Source: a virus
Taxonomy: Duplodnaviria; Caudoviricetes
Reading direction: 5' to 3' (one strand)
DNA: 64,000 bases
Virus record (IMG/VR): IMGVR_UViG_3300028048_000039
Span: 280,581-344,580 of that record
A program made the translations under genes and the position numbers. The notes beneath the pieces were generated by a model, which saw nothing but the letters and a program-made list of their open reading frames with translations, made no database searches and had not been told where the DNA came from. Position 1 is the first letter of the stretch; every line of letters begins with the position of its first letter. Of the stretch, positions 38,479 to 51,600 are shown piece after piece.

Positions 38479-41400
38479 ATGGCAGAATTAGATGACTTAC
38501 TAAGGTCGCAAAAAGAAACTAATGACCTTTTAAAAGAATTAATTAAAGGTGGTGGCTATTCTAAAGATAGTGGCCGCATCTCATTTGGTGATATCTATCG
38601 TCCTAGTTCTGATTTTGATAAAAAATCATTTAAGGAAAGAAAAGAGGAAATTAGGAAATTATATGAGGAAGAAAAGGAAATTGAAGAAGCTTCACTTCGT
38701 AGACAGAGGCAAATTTTAAAGGAAAAGAGGGCCCAGAATGACGCAGATTTAAAGAGGTTAGAAAAAGAAATTGAGAGAGGGGAAAGGCGAATCAAGCAAT
38801 TAGAAAAAGAAGTGGAGCTTGAAAAAGATGCTGCAAAGGCAGCAGAAAAGAAAGCTCAACTCCAAAAGGAAAGGGAAGACCAGGCCAAAAAGGAAAAGGA
38901 GTATATAGACGATGCCAGAAAAGAGGCGGAGCTTGATAGAAATATTGAAAGAACAAAGAAAAGCTTTCAAGACACACTTAAGACAATAAAAAGTAGTATA
39001 GATAGTGCCGTAAGTGGCGTAAGGTCTTTTAATGAGGCTTGGGCAAAGGCAGACCATGCTGCCGCTAGTTATGCCAGGACCATTGGTGGTACCGCAGCCG
39101 CAATGGAAAAACTCCGCAAGCAAGGCATTAATACTGTTGTACATAGTAAGATTGGCATTAAGTATGACATGTCAATTGATGAACTCCTTAAGGCACAAGA
39201 AGCATATTCCAAGGCGATAGGAAGAAACATCATGGTTGATGTTACCCAACAGGAGAGTATTGCCGCTATGTCTAAGATAATGGGCCCTGAAGGTGCAAAT
39301 CAATTAGCAACAGCGTATGAAAACTTTGGTCTTAGCCTTAATGGGACAGCGAAACATGCCGGAAGGATGTTTAAGGAGGCTGCTGAGGCCGGTATTTCAT
39401 TTGACAAACTTTCACAGAATGTTCGTGATAACATTCACATAGCGCAAAATTATACATTTAAGAATGGTATCGCTGGTCTTGAGAGCATGGCAAAGAAAGC
39501 CGCTGCAATCAAGATGGACATCAAGCAGATTGAGAGCTTAGCTAATAAGGTAAGTACAATCGAGGGTTCAATTAATACCGCTGCTAAGTTACAAGTTCTT
39601 GGTGGTTCATTCGCTGCCTTCTCAGACCCTATGGGAATGTTGAAAGAAGGCCTTACTGATATGGAAGGCCTTATGGACCGTATCATTAAGATGACTGGTG
39701 GCCTCGGTTCATTTGATAAAAAGACTGGTGAGGTTAGAGTAACAGCATTTAATAAGGCTAGAATTAAGGCTGCTGCTGATGCTATGGGTATGGATTATAG
39801 TCAGATGATGACCCAAATTAATGCTCAAGCAAAGAGAAAGGAGATTGAAGCACAAATTAATTCATCATCAAATGCTCGTGGCCTTAATGAAAACATGAAG
39901 GAACTTCTCAAGAATTCAGCAACGTTTGAGAATGGTAGGGCTGGTGTAGCGATTAATGGTGAATTCAAATCAATTGATGAATTGACGAATGATGACTTCG
40001 AAGACCTTAAGCTCTTAACACAGGACCAGAGTGCTGATATCAAAGACATTGCTCAGAATTTAAGAAGTTTGCTCGACATTAGGTCTGGTGCCCAGAAACA
40101 AAAGGATGCTAATAAGGCTAGGATTTCTGAAAGATTACGTCTTGGTGAAATAGAAAAGAAATTAACAGACACAATTGCGCATTCAAATACCTTATTAACA
40201 CTTTATCTTGCTGGTGGAATGCTTAATGGTATAGGCGGTTGGCTAAGTAATTTAGGCCAGGGTCTTGGTCTCTTTGGAAAGGGTGGTCTTACTCGCAAGA
40301 TTTTTAACCTATTCGGTAGAAGAGGCGGTGGAGGTAACATCATTGGTGCTACTAGAGGGGGTGGTTTCTTCAGTAGAATTTTAGGATTTGGTGGCGGTGG
40401 AACTGCCGGAGGATTTAGTACTAGAGGGCTACAAAGAATAGTTAGTAACAGCGGAAAGACATATTTTACAAATGGTGCTGGCCAGATATGGAATGCTGCC
40501 GGTACTAGATTAACTGGCCAAGTTGCTAAAAATGTAGCAAATAGCGGTCACGCAGTTGGAAGTACGATTTTTAAGGGTGGCATTGGAAGAAGTGCAACTA
40601 GATTGGCAACTAAATTAGGAGGAAGAGGGGCAGGTAGGGCTATCGGTAACTTTGCAAAGTTTGCCGGGGGACCAGCAGGTGCTGGTGTTCTTGCTGGTGT
40701 GACTGAAGGTATTTTTACTGGAATAGATGAATTTAGTGGAAATAAGAATTATGGAACAGCAAAGAAAGTAGGTAGAACTGCTGGTTCAACGATTGGTGGT
40801 ATTGGCGGTGGTCTTGCTGCGGGTGCAGCAATTGGTTCATTTGCGGGACCAATTGGTGCGCTTATTGGCGGTACAATCGGTGCTATTGCTGGTAGTTCTA
40901 TAGGCAAGTGGATTGGTGGTGGGTTTGCAAGTCAAGAGAGAAGAGAAAGGAAGAAGAAGGAATATGGACTTGAAGAATTACAAGGTGACTATAATGTTAG
41001 AAAATTAAAGAAGATTGAGGATGCAGTAGAAACAGGAAATATTGATGCAAAACTTCGTAGGGAACTTAAAAAGAAAGGCGATACTGCAATATTAGAAAAA
41101 ATTAGAGCAGCTAAGAAAGCCAATGGTGGCGAGGATGCCGAAAAGAACATCGCTGAGGCTTATTTCACAGTTGAAAATGCTTACTTTGGCAATGGTGCTG
41201 GAGGAGCGGAGAGCAAGAGTCGTGGAAAGATTAAAGGTGCAAAAGAATCTTCTGGTTTTGGACAGGCCATTCTTGATTCAGCTAAATTTGGACCATTTGC
41301 CGGTCTTGCAATGGGTGTTAAGATGCTTAGTTCCGCAGGAGAAGGCATTAATATAAGGGGACGCTTAGAAAAAGGCATTGGTACATTAGCAAAGGCAACA

Positions 41401-41691
41401 CCAATTGGTATGGCCGTAGATGCGATTGGCAAACTTAGGGGTGGCGATGCTCAAGCAGGTGCTGGTAATGCCACAGCTAATACAACAACCCCAACATCAT
41501 CTGTGCCTTCTTCAATGAATATCAATGTAAATGGTACAATTAAACTTACTGATGCACAAGGAAAGTCATTTGATATTGCTGGCCAGTTATTGAAGGATAA
41601 TGTATTCATTAAGGAACTTTCATTACGCATTAAAGAAGCAATCGGATGGAACGAAACAATGACATACAACAAGGATAGAGAGAGGACATAA
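38479..41691 (+). CDS. Tape measure protein
   Basis: 1070 aa helical, Ala/Gly-rich, glycine-zipper hydrophobic segments; between chaperone and baseplate genes; CTATTTAT at 38444. Confidence 0.8.
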   Translation: MAELDDLLRSQKETNDLLKELIKGGGYSKDSGRISFGDIYRPSSDFDKKSFKERKEEIRKLYEEEKEIEEASLRRQRQILKEKRAQNDADLKRLEKEIERGERRIKQLEKEVELEKDAAKAAEKKAQLQKEREDQAKKEKEYIDDARKEAELDRNIERTKKSFQDTLKTIKSSIDSAVSGVRSFNEAWAKADHAAASYARTIGGTAAAMEKLRKQGINTVVHSKIGIKYDMSIDELLKAQEAYSKAIGRNIMVDVTQQESIAAMSKIMGPEGANQLATAYENFGLSLNGTAKHAGRMFKEAAEAGISFDKLSQNVRDNIHIAQNYTFKNGIAGLESMAKKAAAIKMDIKQIESLANKVSTIEGSINTAAKLQVLGGSFAAFSDPMGMLKEGLTDMEGLMDRIIKMTGGLGSFDKKTGEVRVTAFNKARIKAAADAMGMDYSQMMTQINAQAKRKEIEAQINSSSNARGLNENMKELLKNSATFENGRAGVAINGEFKSIDELTNDDFEDLKLLTQDQSADIKDIAQNLRSLLDIRSGAQKQKDANKARISERLRLGEIEKKLTDTIAHSNTLLTLYLAGGMLNGIGGWLSNLGQGLGLFGKGGLTRKIFNLFGRRGGGGNIIGATRGGGFFSRILGFGGGGTAGGFSTRGLQRIVSNSGKTYFTNGAGQIWNAAGTRLTGQVAKNVANSGHAVGSTIFKGGIGRSATRLATKLGGRGAGRAIGNFAKFAGGPAGAGVLAGVTEGIFTGIDEFSGNKNYGTAKKVGRTAGSTIGGIGGGLAAGAAIGSFAGPIGALIGGTIGAIAGSSIGKWIGGGFASQERRERKKKEYGLEELQGDYNVRKLKKIEDAVETGNIDAKLRRELKKKGDTAILEKIRAAKKANGGEDAEKNIAEAYFTVENAYFGNGAGGAESKSRGKIKGAKESSGFGQAILDSAKFGPFAGLAMGVKMLSSAGEGINIRGRLEKGIGTLAKATPIGMAVDAIGKLRGGDAQAGAGNATANTTTPTSSVPSSMNINVNGTIKLTDAQGKSFDIAGQLLKDNVFIKELSLRIKEAIGWNETMTYNKDRERT

Positions 41692-41738
41692 AGTGTTGAA
41701 TTTTTTAACGAAATAACTTATATTATATAGAGATAGAT

Positions 41739-44700
41739 ATGGCAGATTTAAGTTATAGAGCGAATAACCTTAGTATTGGTACTGGTGGTATTACAAGCTT
41801 CCTCGGTTCATTATCCCATAGGGCTTGTAATAATGGCCTTTTTACCTTTACTACAGCAATGAACTTCCGTAGGGCAAACACGGTTAATAATTATCAAGGT
41901 GGTGCCTTTGGAAGATATGACTACAGTAGTTATTCAGATGGTGATATAGATGATACGACGAGGGCTGTGGTTTCATTACTTGATGGAACCATGCTTGGTC
42001 GTAGTTATACATATAGAAGTTTTATTGGTGATGGTTACACGACAAACGGAGCACCAATGAATTCCGGTTTAAGGTTTATTTCAACTGATGAATTTACAAA
42101 CTTCAGTAGTTTATTGAGAGAAGTTGCTGTATCAAGAAACTATGACGAAAACTATAATTTAGACAAGTATCATGACAATAGTTCTAAGTTTGTTGCTGAA
42201 AACTATGAAAATAATACTCTTGATGATGGTTTAGGCGTTTCATCTTATTCAACATTACCATATACATTTCTCGGTGACCAATTCAACGTTAATGCCGCTT
42301 ATAAGTTAGGTGTTAATCACAGCACATTAATCAAATATGGTGAGCGTTTCCGTGAGGTTGCTGAAAATAATGAAACACTTGTAAAGGAAGGTGTAGGGAG
42401 AGAAGAAGAATATAGAACTTATAGTGAAATACAGCCAGACGTAGAACATCCATTTGATAATAATCTTAAGAATTATTTTACACAACTTCCAAGGGAAAAA
42501 TATTATAGGGAATTTCCTGGGTTAGAATCATTTGCCTTAGAAGAACTCGATAAATATTATGACTTAAAGAGTTTTGATGGTGAAAATATCACTAATCCTT
42601 ACGTTAAGAAGATGTTTGACCGCTCGCTTCCTGAAAACTTCAAGAACAAGAATACATTTACTGAGGATTTAGAGTTTGGTGATGAATACAGTACCCAAAG
42701 TAACATAAGAAATCAATTAGCAAGTATTAAATATAATTTTGCTAGAAATGGCCTTTATGAATATTATTCAAAGGAAAGAGAAAAATATTCTTCAGAACTT
42801 GAAAATAATTTGGCTAAGTATCCTTCTGGCTGGATTGTTTATTCATACTTAAAAGAATATCAGAGACCTGGTGATAAAGGGGAAGAATTCTCAAATTATA
42901 GTATTAATGATAAAAAGGCTCCAGTGATAAATGGGACTGTCAGTATTGGTGGTGATAAGTTTATTACTAAAAATAAGAAGAGCTCATTATTCTCATTCCT
43001 TAATGAAGCAGAGAATGGAAATGAAATAACAATCTCAGAATCTGAGACTGCTGATAATTCTGCGATAAAGATTTCTGACGATTTTAACAAAGCCTCATCT
43101 GGATTATTAAGAAAAGTGAATGCAATGTTTAAGCAGGAAAAGATTGGTACTATTGTAAATAGGTTCCACACATCAATAAGCGGAGTTACACTGAAAGATA
43201 GCGATGTAATAAGTGCTTATGATGAAAAGTTTGGCATGTCCAGGGGACGTAACTTGCTTAAAAAGACAACGAGTGATAAGACAAATGGTTATGAAAATCC
43301 TTATTGTAGAGTATGGACAGCACATCATCAATATTCTAAACTTAAACATCGTATTCGTCCATTTTATAATGACTCAGAAGCACCAATGGATATAAAGGAT
43401 ACCCAAGCAAATTATGGCGGACTGAGACCGAATGGTGGTGCGACTCACCTGAATGATTATTCTGTGTTAAGGCCTAACGGCTATGTAAGGATAACGCCAA
43501 AAGAGGATATGGTTTCATCTCCAATAAAAAATTACATGTTCTCACTTGAAAACCTTGCATGGAGAGACGCCCCAGAATTAAATAACCTTTCCCCAGAACA
43601 GCGTGGTCCTAATGGTGGTAGAATAATGTGGTTTCCTCCATATAATTTGAAGTTTTCAGAAAACATTAATGCTGAATGGAACGGAAATAAGTTCATTGGT
43701 CGTGGAGAACAAATTTTTACTTATGTTAATACTGACCGTGCTGGCGTATTATCATTTACATTGTTGATTGACCACCCATCCATTCTTAATAAATGGGCCC
43801 GTGCCGTCAAGAATGACGCTAGCGATAAAACAAATAGGGACTTAGAAATCTTGAGATACTTTGCTGGATGTGACGACCTAAGTAGTCAAACAACTGGTGA
43901 AGTAAAAGTTCCTGGCCTGGTCTATTCAACGCCGAAGCCAAAGGAAGATAATGTGGAACCAGACCCAACACCGGAAGGTAACAAGAAAATTGCTTATGTA
44001 GTATTCTTCCCAAACAATTATTCAGGAACGGATAATAAGAGTGTTAGTAAAACAATAGAAACGTTGGATGGTTATGAAATAGTCAATGGTGCTAAGGAAA
44101 TAAGACCAGAGGATAAAGACTTAGCAAATCAAGATGAGAAGTGGAAAGATGAAAACACAAGCGAATATTCATTAAATATTAGTCCATCAGGAGATGTCGT
44201 TGCAAAGATAAGAAGCGAATTAAGCTTGAAGGACGAAAATATGGAAATAAGATTCCTTGCCGGTGATAATGGGCTTGTTAATATTAAGAATGAATTTACT
44301 GGTGATAAGATATTTGGACAGCCAGCTTCTACAGTTAAGATATCAAGTATAGAGGTTGCTGGTTTTGCATCAAGCCATGGCTGGGAAACCGAGGGTAGAA
44401 ACCCTAAACTTGTTGAAAGAAGAAGGGCATTTATTAAGAACGCACTTCTCTATGAGTCAAAGGAATTAAAAGACGAAATGTTTAGGAACCTCAGGACAGG
44501 AGAAGCATGTATCATTAAGATGCCAGACGATGTTTTGAAGAGCGAAAGACAAATTAATGCCCTTGAAGCTAAGATTGCGAGGGCGGCAGTTGCGATTTTT
44601 AACATTGAATGGAAAGAGGAGATAAAACCTTCAGATGAAAATACAGGACAAGAAACAGGTACTGCAAAAACTGCAAGCGGAAAGACAGTTACCGGCTCCA

Positions 44701-45323
44701 ACGAATTGGATAAGGAAAAAAATGAAAAGAAAGAAGAAACTCCAGCACAGGAAACAGTTGTGGTTGAGCCAATAGAAAGACCTTCTGACGACCTAACCTT
44801 TGATAATGAATTCCTTTATTTCCAAGAAATAGGAAATGGTAATGAAGATATGGTTAAGAAGAATATAGTTGACAAGGTAAGGTACTTCAATCCAGCCTTC
44901 CACTCAATTACCCCAGAAGGTTTTAATGCTAGACTGACGTTCTTAAATCAATGCACAAGACAAGGGCCTACACATTCAACCTCTCAAGCTAATACTGAAA
45001 GTTCAGATTATCTTAAGTATGCTGGTAATTTGTCATTTGGTAGACCACCATATTGTATATTGAGAATTGGTGACTTCTTCCATACGAAGATTTGTATTGA
45101 TTCTATAAGTATAACATATGGTGCTGGTGGTGACGTCTTATGGGACCTTAATCAGGAAGGTGTTGGTGTTCAGCCAATGTTTGCTGATGTTAATATTAGC
45201 TTTAAGTTCATTGGTGGTCAGGATATCGGTGGTGTTGTTGAGACATTACAGAACGCAGTTTCAAGTAACTTCTATGCAAATGCTTCTGTTTATGACTTTA
45301 CAGCAAGAAGAAAGGAAAAATAA
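41739..45323 (+). CDS. Baseplate / tube-initiator protein with OmpA-like insert
   Basis: MWFPPY...W....IGRGE..Y.NT.R and PP..LRIGDF; IEVAGFASS...NPKLVERRR (OmpA-C-like). Confidence 0.65.
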   Translation: MADLSYRANNLSIGTGGITSFLGSLSHRACNNGLFTFTTAMNFRRANTVNNYQGGAFGRYDYSSYSDGDIDDTTRAVVSLLDGTMLGRSYTYRSFIGDGYTTNGAPMNSGLRFISTDEFTNFSSLLREVAVSRNYDENYNLDKYHDNSSKFVAENYENNTLDDGLGVSSYSTLPYTFLGDQFNVNAAYKLGVNHSTLIKYGERFREVAENNETLVKEGVGREEEYRTYSEIQPDVEHPFDNNLKNYFTQLPREKYYREFPGLESFALEELDKYYDLKSFDGENITNPYVKKMFDRSLPENFKNKNTFTEDLEFGDEYSTQSNIRNQLASIKYNFARNGLYEYYSKEREKYSSELENNLAKYPSGWIVYSYLKEYQRPGDKGEEFSNYSINDKKAPVINGTVSIGGDKFITKNKKSSLFSFLNEAENGNEITISESETADNSAIKISDDFNKASSGLLRKVNAMFKQEKIGTIVNRFHTSISGVTLKDSDVISAYDEKFGMSRGRNLLKKTTSDKTNGYENPYCRVWTAHHQYSKLKHRIRPFYNDSEAPMDIKDTQANYGGLRPNGGATHLNDYSVLRPNGYVRITPKEDMVSSPIKNYMFSLENLAWRDAPELNNLSPEQRGPNGGRIMWFPPYNLKFSENINAEWNGNKFIGRGEQIFTYVNTDRAGVLSFTLLIDHPSILNKWARAVKNDASDKTNRDLEILRYFAGCDDLSSQTTGEVKVPGLVYSTPKPKEDNVEPDPTPEGNKKIAYVVFFPNNYSGTDNKSVSKTIETLDGYEIVNGAKEIRPEDKDLANQDEKWKDENTSEYSLNISPSGDVVAKIRSELSLKDENMEIRFLAGDNGLVNIKNEFTGDKIFGQPASTVKISSIEVAGFASSHGWETEGRNPKLVERRRAFIKNALLYESKELKDEMFRNLRTGEACIIKMPDDVLKSERQINALEAKIARAAVAIFNIEWKEEIKPSDENTGQETGTAKTASGKTVTGSNELDKEKNEKKEETPAQETVVVEPIERPSDDLTFDNEFLYFQEIGNGNEDMVKKNIVDKVRYFNPAFHSITPEGFNARLTFLNQCTRQGPTHSTSQANTESSDYLKYAGNLSFGRPPYCILRIGDFFHTKICIDSISITYGAGGDVLWDLNQEGVGVQPMFADVNISFKFIGGQDIGGVVETLQNAVSSNFYANASVYDFTARRKEK

Positions 45324-45345
45324 AAAGATAATAGTGCTTAGATTT

Positions 45346-45657
45346 ATGGCTACATTTGACAGATATTCACAATTTAGAGTTGGAAATGAAATAAAGTTAG
45401 TATATTTTGGTGAGATACCAAAGAAAACTACTGACATCATAGAATATTATAAGAAAGGAATAACGAGGCTTGACCAGCTTTCTTATCAGTATTATAATAG
45501 CCCTGATTATGGGTGGCTCATTCTTCAAGCAAACCCTCAGTATGGGGCTCTTGAATTTAATATTCCAGATGGAAGTGAGTTGAGAATACCGTACCCACTT
45601 AATACTTCACTTAGTGACTATCAAAAATCTATTGAGAATTATAAGAAATATTATTAA
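45346..45657 (+). CDS. Baseplate wedge LysM-like protein (gp53-like)
   Basis: RLDQLSYQYY.SP.YGWLILQANP...IP.G..LRIP; ATG at 45346. Confidence 0.8.
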   Translation: MATFDRYSQFRVGNEIKLVYFGEIPKKTTDIIEYYKKGITRLDQLSYQYYNSPDYGWLILQANPQYGALEFNIPDGSELRIPYPLNTSLSDYQKSIENYKKYY

Positions 45658-45672
45658 AATTGTATTTAAGAA

Positions 45673-48600
45673 ATGAAAAGCGAAAGTTTTGGAAGAGTTA
45701 GATATGTAGAGCCAACTAGCCCACAAAATGTTAATGGTAACATGGACGGTGGTGTTGATGATTCAATAGCGTTTCCATATGAAGATTATAGCATGGCCGT
45801 AGACCTCTCAATAGAGATTGCGGATAGATTTTCATGTGGTAATACCTGTGATACAAACAGTATCAAGACATATCTTTTTTCCAGTGAAAACGGAAGCTTA
45901 TCATTTGTTGGTGGGTCAAAGGTCGATGGTCATTACAACAATGAACGTGTATTAACCACAAACTATACGGACGTTTCAATGACCAATCCAGTGGATAACA
46001 CGCAAGAATGTCTTGGAATTGAGTCTATCAATATTACATACAATAGCTGGCTCTACCCACAAGTAACAATTAGGTTTGTTGATGTCAGGGGTGCGACGGT
46101 AATGCAACAAGCAGAAGAAAATTATTATGCTAAAGACGATAAGGATTGGCACATCAGCAAACTCTACCAAGCATTATTTACATTCCCATATCCTATTTTT
46201 ACCTTGAGAGTTAAAGGTTTTTACGGCAAGGCAGTTAAATATAAGCTTGCTTGTCAGAGTACAGATATTGAGTTTGATTCAAATGTAGGAAGTTTTGTTA
46301 TTACAGCACAATTTGTTGGTTATATGTTCGGAATATATGCCGATATGCCAATGACATTTGTTGCAATAGCACCTTATATGAAGGGAGGAAAGGAATATTG
46401 GCAGGATAACATAGATAGTGGGGTATTTAGGTTTAAGGACGTAAATGGAACCCCAGGCAGTGCCTTCATTACAATTCCAGAATTGAAGAAAAAGCTTAGA
46501 AAAATTGTCATAGACGAGGAATATACATCTGCTGCTGCTGAGGGCCAACAAGTTGAATCAAATTATGATGCAAGAGTAGAAGAATTAAAGGGGATTAGTG
46601 AGAAAAATCCATTCAATACTTTTACTTGTAAAACATTTGGTATGCCGAAAAATGTTTCCTACAATGTTGGTATAAAAACAAATTTGCTTGAGAATATAAA
46701 GGCAACAACGGTAATCATACTAAAAGAGGGAGATATTAATAGTTTTACGGCTAAAGTTTCAGAATATTATGCCGCTATAAAGGAGTTTGATAAAAAGTTT
46801 TCAACTAATTATTGTGTTAAAAATTTAGGGGCTTTTAAATATGTAATTGAGAATTACCTTGATACGCCAGTTAATTCTAAAAAAGGTGATTTTGATAATC
46901 TATTAAGGACGATTGTTAAATACGAAGATGGAAATATACATCTTGCTGGTAAGAAGGGGTTTTTTGGTGTCGCTCCAGACCCAGGTGATTTAATTGGTTG
47001 TATGATTTACAAATATGCAACCGCAGCAACCGTAGAATACGATAAATGGGAAAAGGAAATAATGGATTATGTGGTCGCCACCCAAAAAAATACCGGAGCA
47101 TATAGCTTCTTAGTATTGCCAGGAAATTTAAGCGAAATAAGTAACGATATAGCGTCAGAAGAAACTAAACGCCTTTATGCTGAAAAGACAGAAAGAATGA
47201 AAGAGGCGAGGGAAAAGATGAATGAAATCATCGAGAAAAAACTAGGTTTCAGACCATCAATAAAAAATATATTTGACTTAGTTTTTGCCCATATAGATAC
47301 ATTTACACACTGTTATTATGAAACATTGGATGAAATACGCTCACAATTAGAAAGTGACAGCACAAAGAGATTAAAATCAACATACAGTGTTGCTCCTGGT
47401 TTTTCAGATACAGAAGATAATTCTGAAATTAGTAAAAGAAGTGATTACCTTCCTCCTTTTACTGCTTATTATAAATATAGAGACACTGATAAGATAAAAG
47501 AACTTCAATGGGCAGGTGAATTGAATAATGGAGATGACTTATCTGAAGTAAAGTTTGTCTATAATTTATTAAGTGCAGCAAAAGATTACTATGACGCAAA
47601 CCGTAAAGCAGATGAAGATGAGGGTGATACAACAACTAGTAGTCTTCTTAATGCCGGCATTGATGTTTCAACGGATACGTTTATACCAGCGACCCCTTAT
47701 GACTTTGCTTATAAGGGAAAGGGAAACCCATACAATGATTTAAAGGCTGATATAGACTCTCCAGATTTCTTAGGAAAATTATTCTTTAAATTTGCATTGA
47801 GGGCAAAAGAATATGATATGCCATTAGATGTAAATGCAGAAGAAACCCCTTATTTTGCTGGTTTATTTGGCAAGATAGAGGCAAAAAATCTATATAGGGC
47901 CATTGGAGATAAACCATCAATAGGTTTATTTAAATTTTTAAAAGCATATGCAGACGGGGACAATAAATTGGCGGATACTAAGTACTTTATGAATGTGATA
48001 ACAGGAAAGAGAGATGAAGAAGGACTTAGTAAAGTATGGAAATTCGGTGCGGATAACTTAAATGATAATCTTTATACTGGAAGCGGAAATAATTTCCAGT
48101 ATTGTTTCAATAAGAAGGATAAACAAAAGTATAATTTCTTGCCTCTAGACCTTTCTAGTATCAATAGAATAAAAAGTGACTTTGCAAAGGGCCCTAATTT
48201 GATAAATGACCCAGATTATGTAACACTTTCAGATAGAGAAAACCTAGAATATAAAGGCAGTTTTGAATATGGTAAGCCATTAAAATGTGGTGACTTCATT
48301 GTCCTGAACACTGGAACATATGTTGATAAAATTTTAGAGAATGCATTAAGAGTAGATAAGGATGAAGCCAAGAAACAGCAGAAGGAGAAGGAAGAAGAAG
48401 CAAAGAAAGAGAGTGGTGATAATGCTACTCAAGAACCAGTACCGGTCAATGAAAAGACTAAGGATGGTGTTTATATGGCGAAAAGAGAAACAAAGAACTT
48501 TAGTAAACTCTTTGGAAAAGATTATGCGCTTATAAAAGATGACAACGACAAGTCTTATATTTGTGATAAAAATATTATAGTTGCTGGCCATAAAATCGAC

Positions 48601-51600
48601 GAAGATAGTGGCGAAACAGATGAAAATTATAATAAAGTAGGTACTGAAGCATTACAGAGTTGGATAGCTGCCGAAAGTCCAGACTTAAATAAGGTCTTTT
48701 TACGTTATCCATGCCAAATTAATGATACGACGAAAAGCCCACTATATTTTAAACAATATGACGGTAAGAGTTTAATAGACTATCAAGATAACAATCTTTC
48801 AAAGGCATTTTTATTTTTAATGTCAATCCCTGTCCAGGGTAGGAATTTTGCCCTTTACGGCGATGGAACCATTAAGAACCCTAAACAGAGAGTAAGTGTG
48901 GTTCTCAAGATAAGGCTTCTTAGGGAGGGTGCGATTTATTGGAGGCAGGATATGATTAAGAATAATGGTTCAGATGACCTTAATCAATCAGACCCAATAA
49001 AATTGCCAGATGGTTATGCTCATCCTGGTCCTGACGAATTTTTTACACAAGGAAATGACAATAAGGAGACAATCCAAATTTCAACAAGTAGTGGTTACGT
49101 CAATATAAAAGAACCAATTGACCTCATACCAGGTGGTAGAGTAAGTAGTAGAAGGGAAACCATAAAACAGTTGTTTATGAAATGGGCTACTGATACAAGT
49201 GATACTGGTTTTGTAAAAAATAATACAAGACTTAGAGACGAAAAATTTTATGAAGACCCAAAAACTGGTAAGTTAGACATTAAACTTGCTGACCCAGCTC
49301 TTAAAAACACTACAGCCATTACTTCATTAAATAAAGAAGCTCAAAGTCTTCAGGCCTTTTTAAGGGATGTCTATTTTGGCCTTTATACAACCATTACTAC
49401 CCTTCCAACGGTTAGATTTAATGAGGCCCATATGCAATATGCGTTTTATGATTTCATGAGAGCATTGAGGTCCATATATAAAGAAGATGTAGATGCAGTT
49501 GAAGACAACCCAGTTGAAGAGGCTAAGAAAATAACGGAAGCAGCAACTCAAGACCCATTTAAGAGTAAAGACATTAGGTTGGCAATATATATGTCATTAA
49601 AGAGTCTGTATGATAAATGGATTTGTTCTGCTTGCGGGCAAAAGACATGGAACCTTGCAGATTCTAATAGTGACTTTTCTAATTTTACCTATATAGATAC
49701 ATATTATCATGACATAGGATACTTACTCAACGTCAATATTGATACTGTTTCTGATTGGCTTCAAACGCTTCTGCCATCTTCAGAGCTTTATGCCCAAGAT
49801 ACATCATTCCATTATCAAGGAAAGAGTGTATTTGAATTTTTAGCTGGTGTTGCTGAAAACTGTGGCGGACTTCTAATGGCACTCCCACAAAGGTTTGGGC
49901 TTGCCTCAGAAGATGATGTTATTAATATGTTTACACCACAGCCGATAACAACCAATTGGGATGAGGATACATGTTCATTCTTGTTTATGTATAGTTATAA
50001 ACCGTCTGAACACTTAGGCGATGGTGAGGACGTTGATATGAATGGTTGGTCACAGAAAGGTGATGGCTTCGACTTAACCGATGAAGAAGTCACTGGTGAA
50101 TTATTCAACGATGATGGTTATGCCATTCCTGGATTTGGTGTAACCTATGCAAAACAAAATCAATCAATCTTTAAGAATATTACACTTACCACAAAGGACG
50201 CTGGTGTAACTGAAGCTTCATTGGCTGCTACATTTAACATTGCTGCTCAGCAAGAAAAGAAGGGGCCAAGAGAAACAATACTTTATGGACAGGACATATA
50301 TCGTATATATAGTCAGTATTCTTATAGTTGTGGTGTTGAAATGATGGGTAATATGCAGATTACACCACTTATGTATTTCCAGCTTAATAATATTCCAATG
50401 TGGCACGGAACATACATGGTTAAGAAGGTTACACATGACATCACTGCCGGAAATATATCAACGAAGTTTGAGGGTATGAGGGTTAATAAATATGCAATCC
50501 CATTAAGCGATATCGGTGTTATTTCAACGGCACTTGCTCCTCCAAGAGAAACAACTTCTGGTACCTTAATGACTGCAGATGGTGCTGTCTTATCAGAAGA
50601 ACAACCAGGCGACCCTAATGTTCAAACCCCAGAATTGGATTATACCATTGCTAATGCTATAAGTGAAACAAACCCATTATTTGTTCTCACACCAGCACAT
50701 AGTAATGACAGTAAGGATGCAAAGAAAAATGAAAATTATTGGAGTAGTAAGGTAATTGAACTTGTTAAAACGGCGTTAGACGGCTTGAATTCCGGCAAGC
50801 CAGATAATGAGAAGTATTTATATTATATTTGTAATACAAATACACCAGGTCAATATAACCTATCGGACGCTAGGGCGTTTGCAAATAAATATGGCTCAGA
50901 AAAAGTAGTTTCAATCGTACCACATTGGAACATAGGTATGGGTAATCGTTTTGATGTCTTCTATGGAATTGACAATGGCTCAACATATAAGATAAATAAG
51001 AAAAGCCCATATTTAGCACAATGTTTTAAGCGTGGTGCAGAAATAAATAAAGAAAATAAAGACTTTAATGGAAAACGCACGAAGGGAGGTCAAGATGGGG
51101 CAATTAGTACAAGCGGTAATTTCCAGGCAGGTAATAAGAATGACGTTAAGGACGATGCATTAATTTGGGATAATGTTACACCACCAGCAGTTGTTCTTGA
51201 AATGTGGTTTGGTGACTATTATAATAAAGATTGCAAGGATAAGATAACATTTACTAATGGTGCTGTTGATTTAATCCCAGATGGCCCTAATTCACAAGTA
51301 TTTGATGGTGATGGAAATTATGCTGTTATGGGATACTGGTTATTAGACTTACATGGAGGTAGGAGCGAAGCTGCAGCTATTATTGTTGATGGAATAATGA
51401 ATTATGTTTCTTGGCTTAAGGGAGGTAAGGGTGCAATGGAAGGCGTTAATATCACGGCTCAATGTGGCTCACAACAAACGGGCGATACCAGTAGTTTTAC
51501 CCCAGAAGGTTATAATGGTGAGATTACCAATGAAAAAATGAAGGCCGTACTTAAGAATTTTAGTAGTTTTACATCACAACAATATGGTGAAAAATATCGT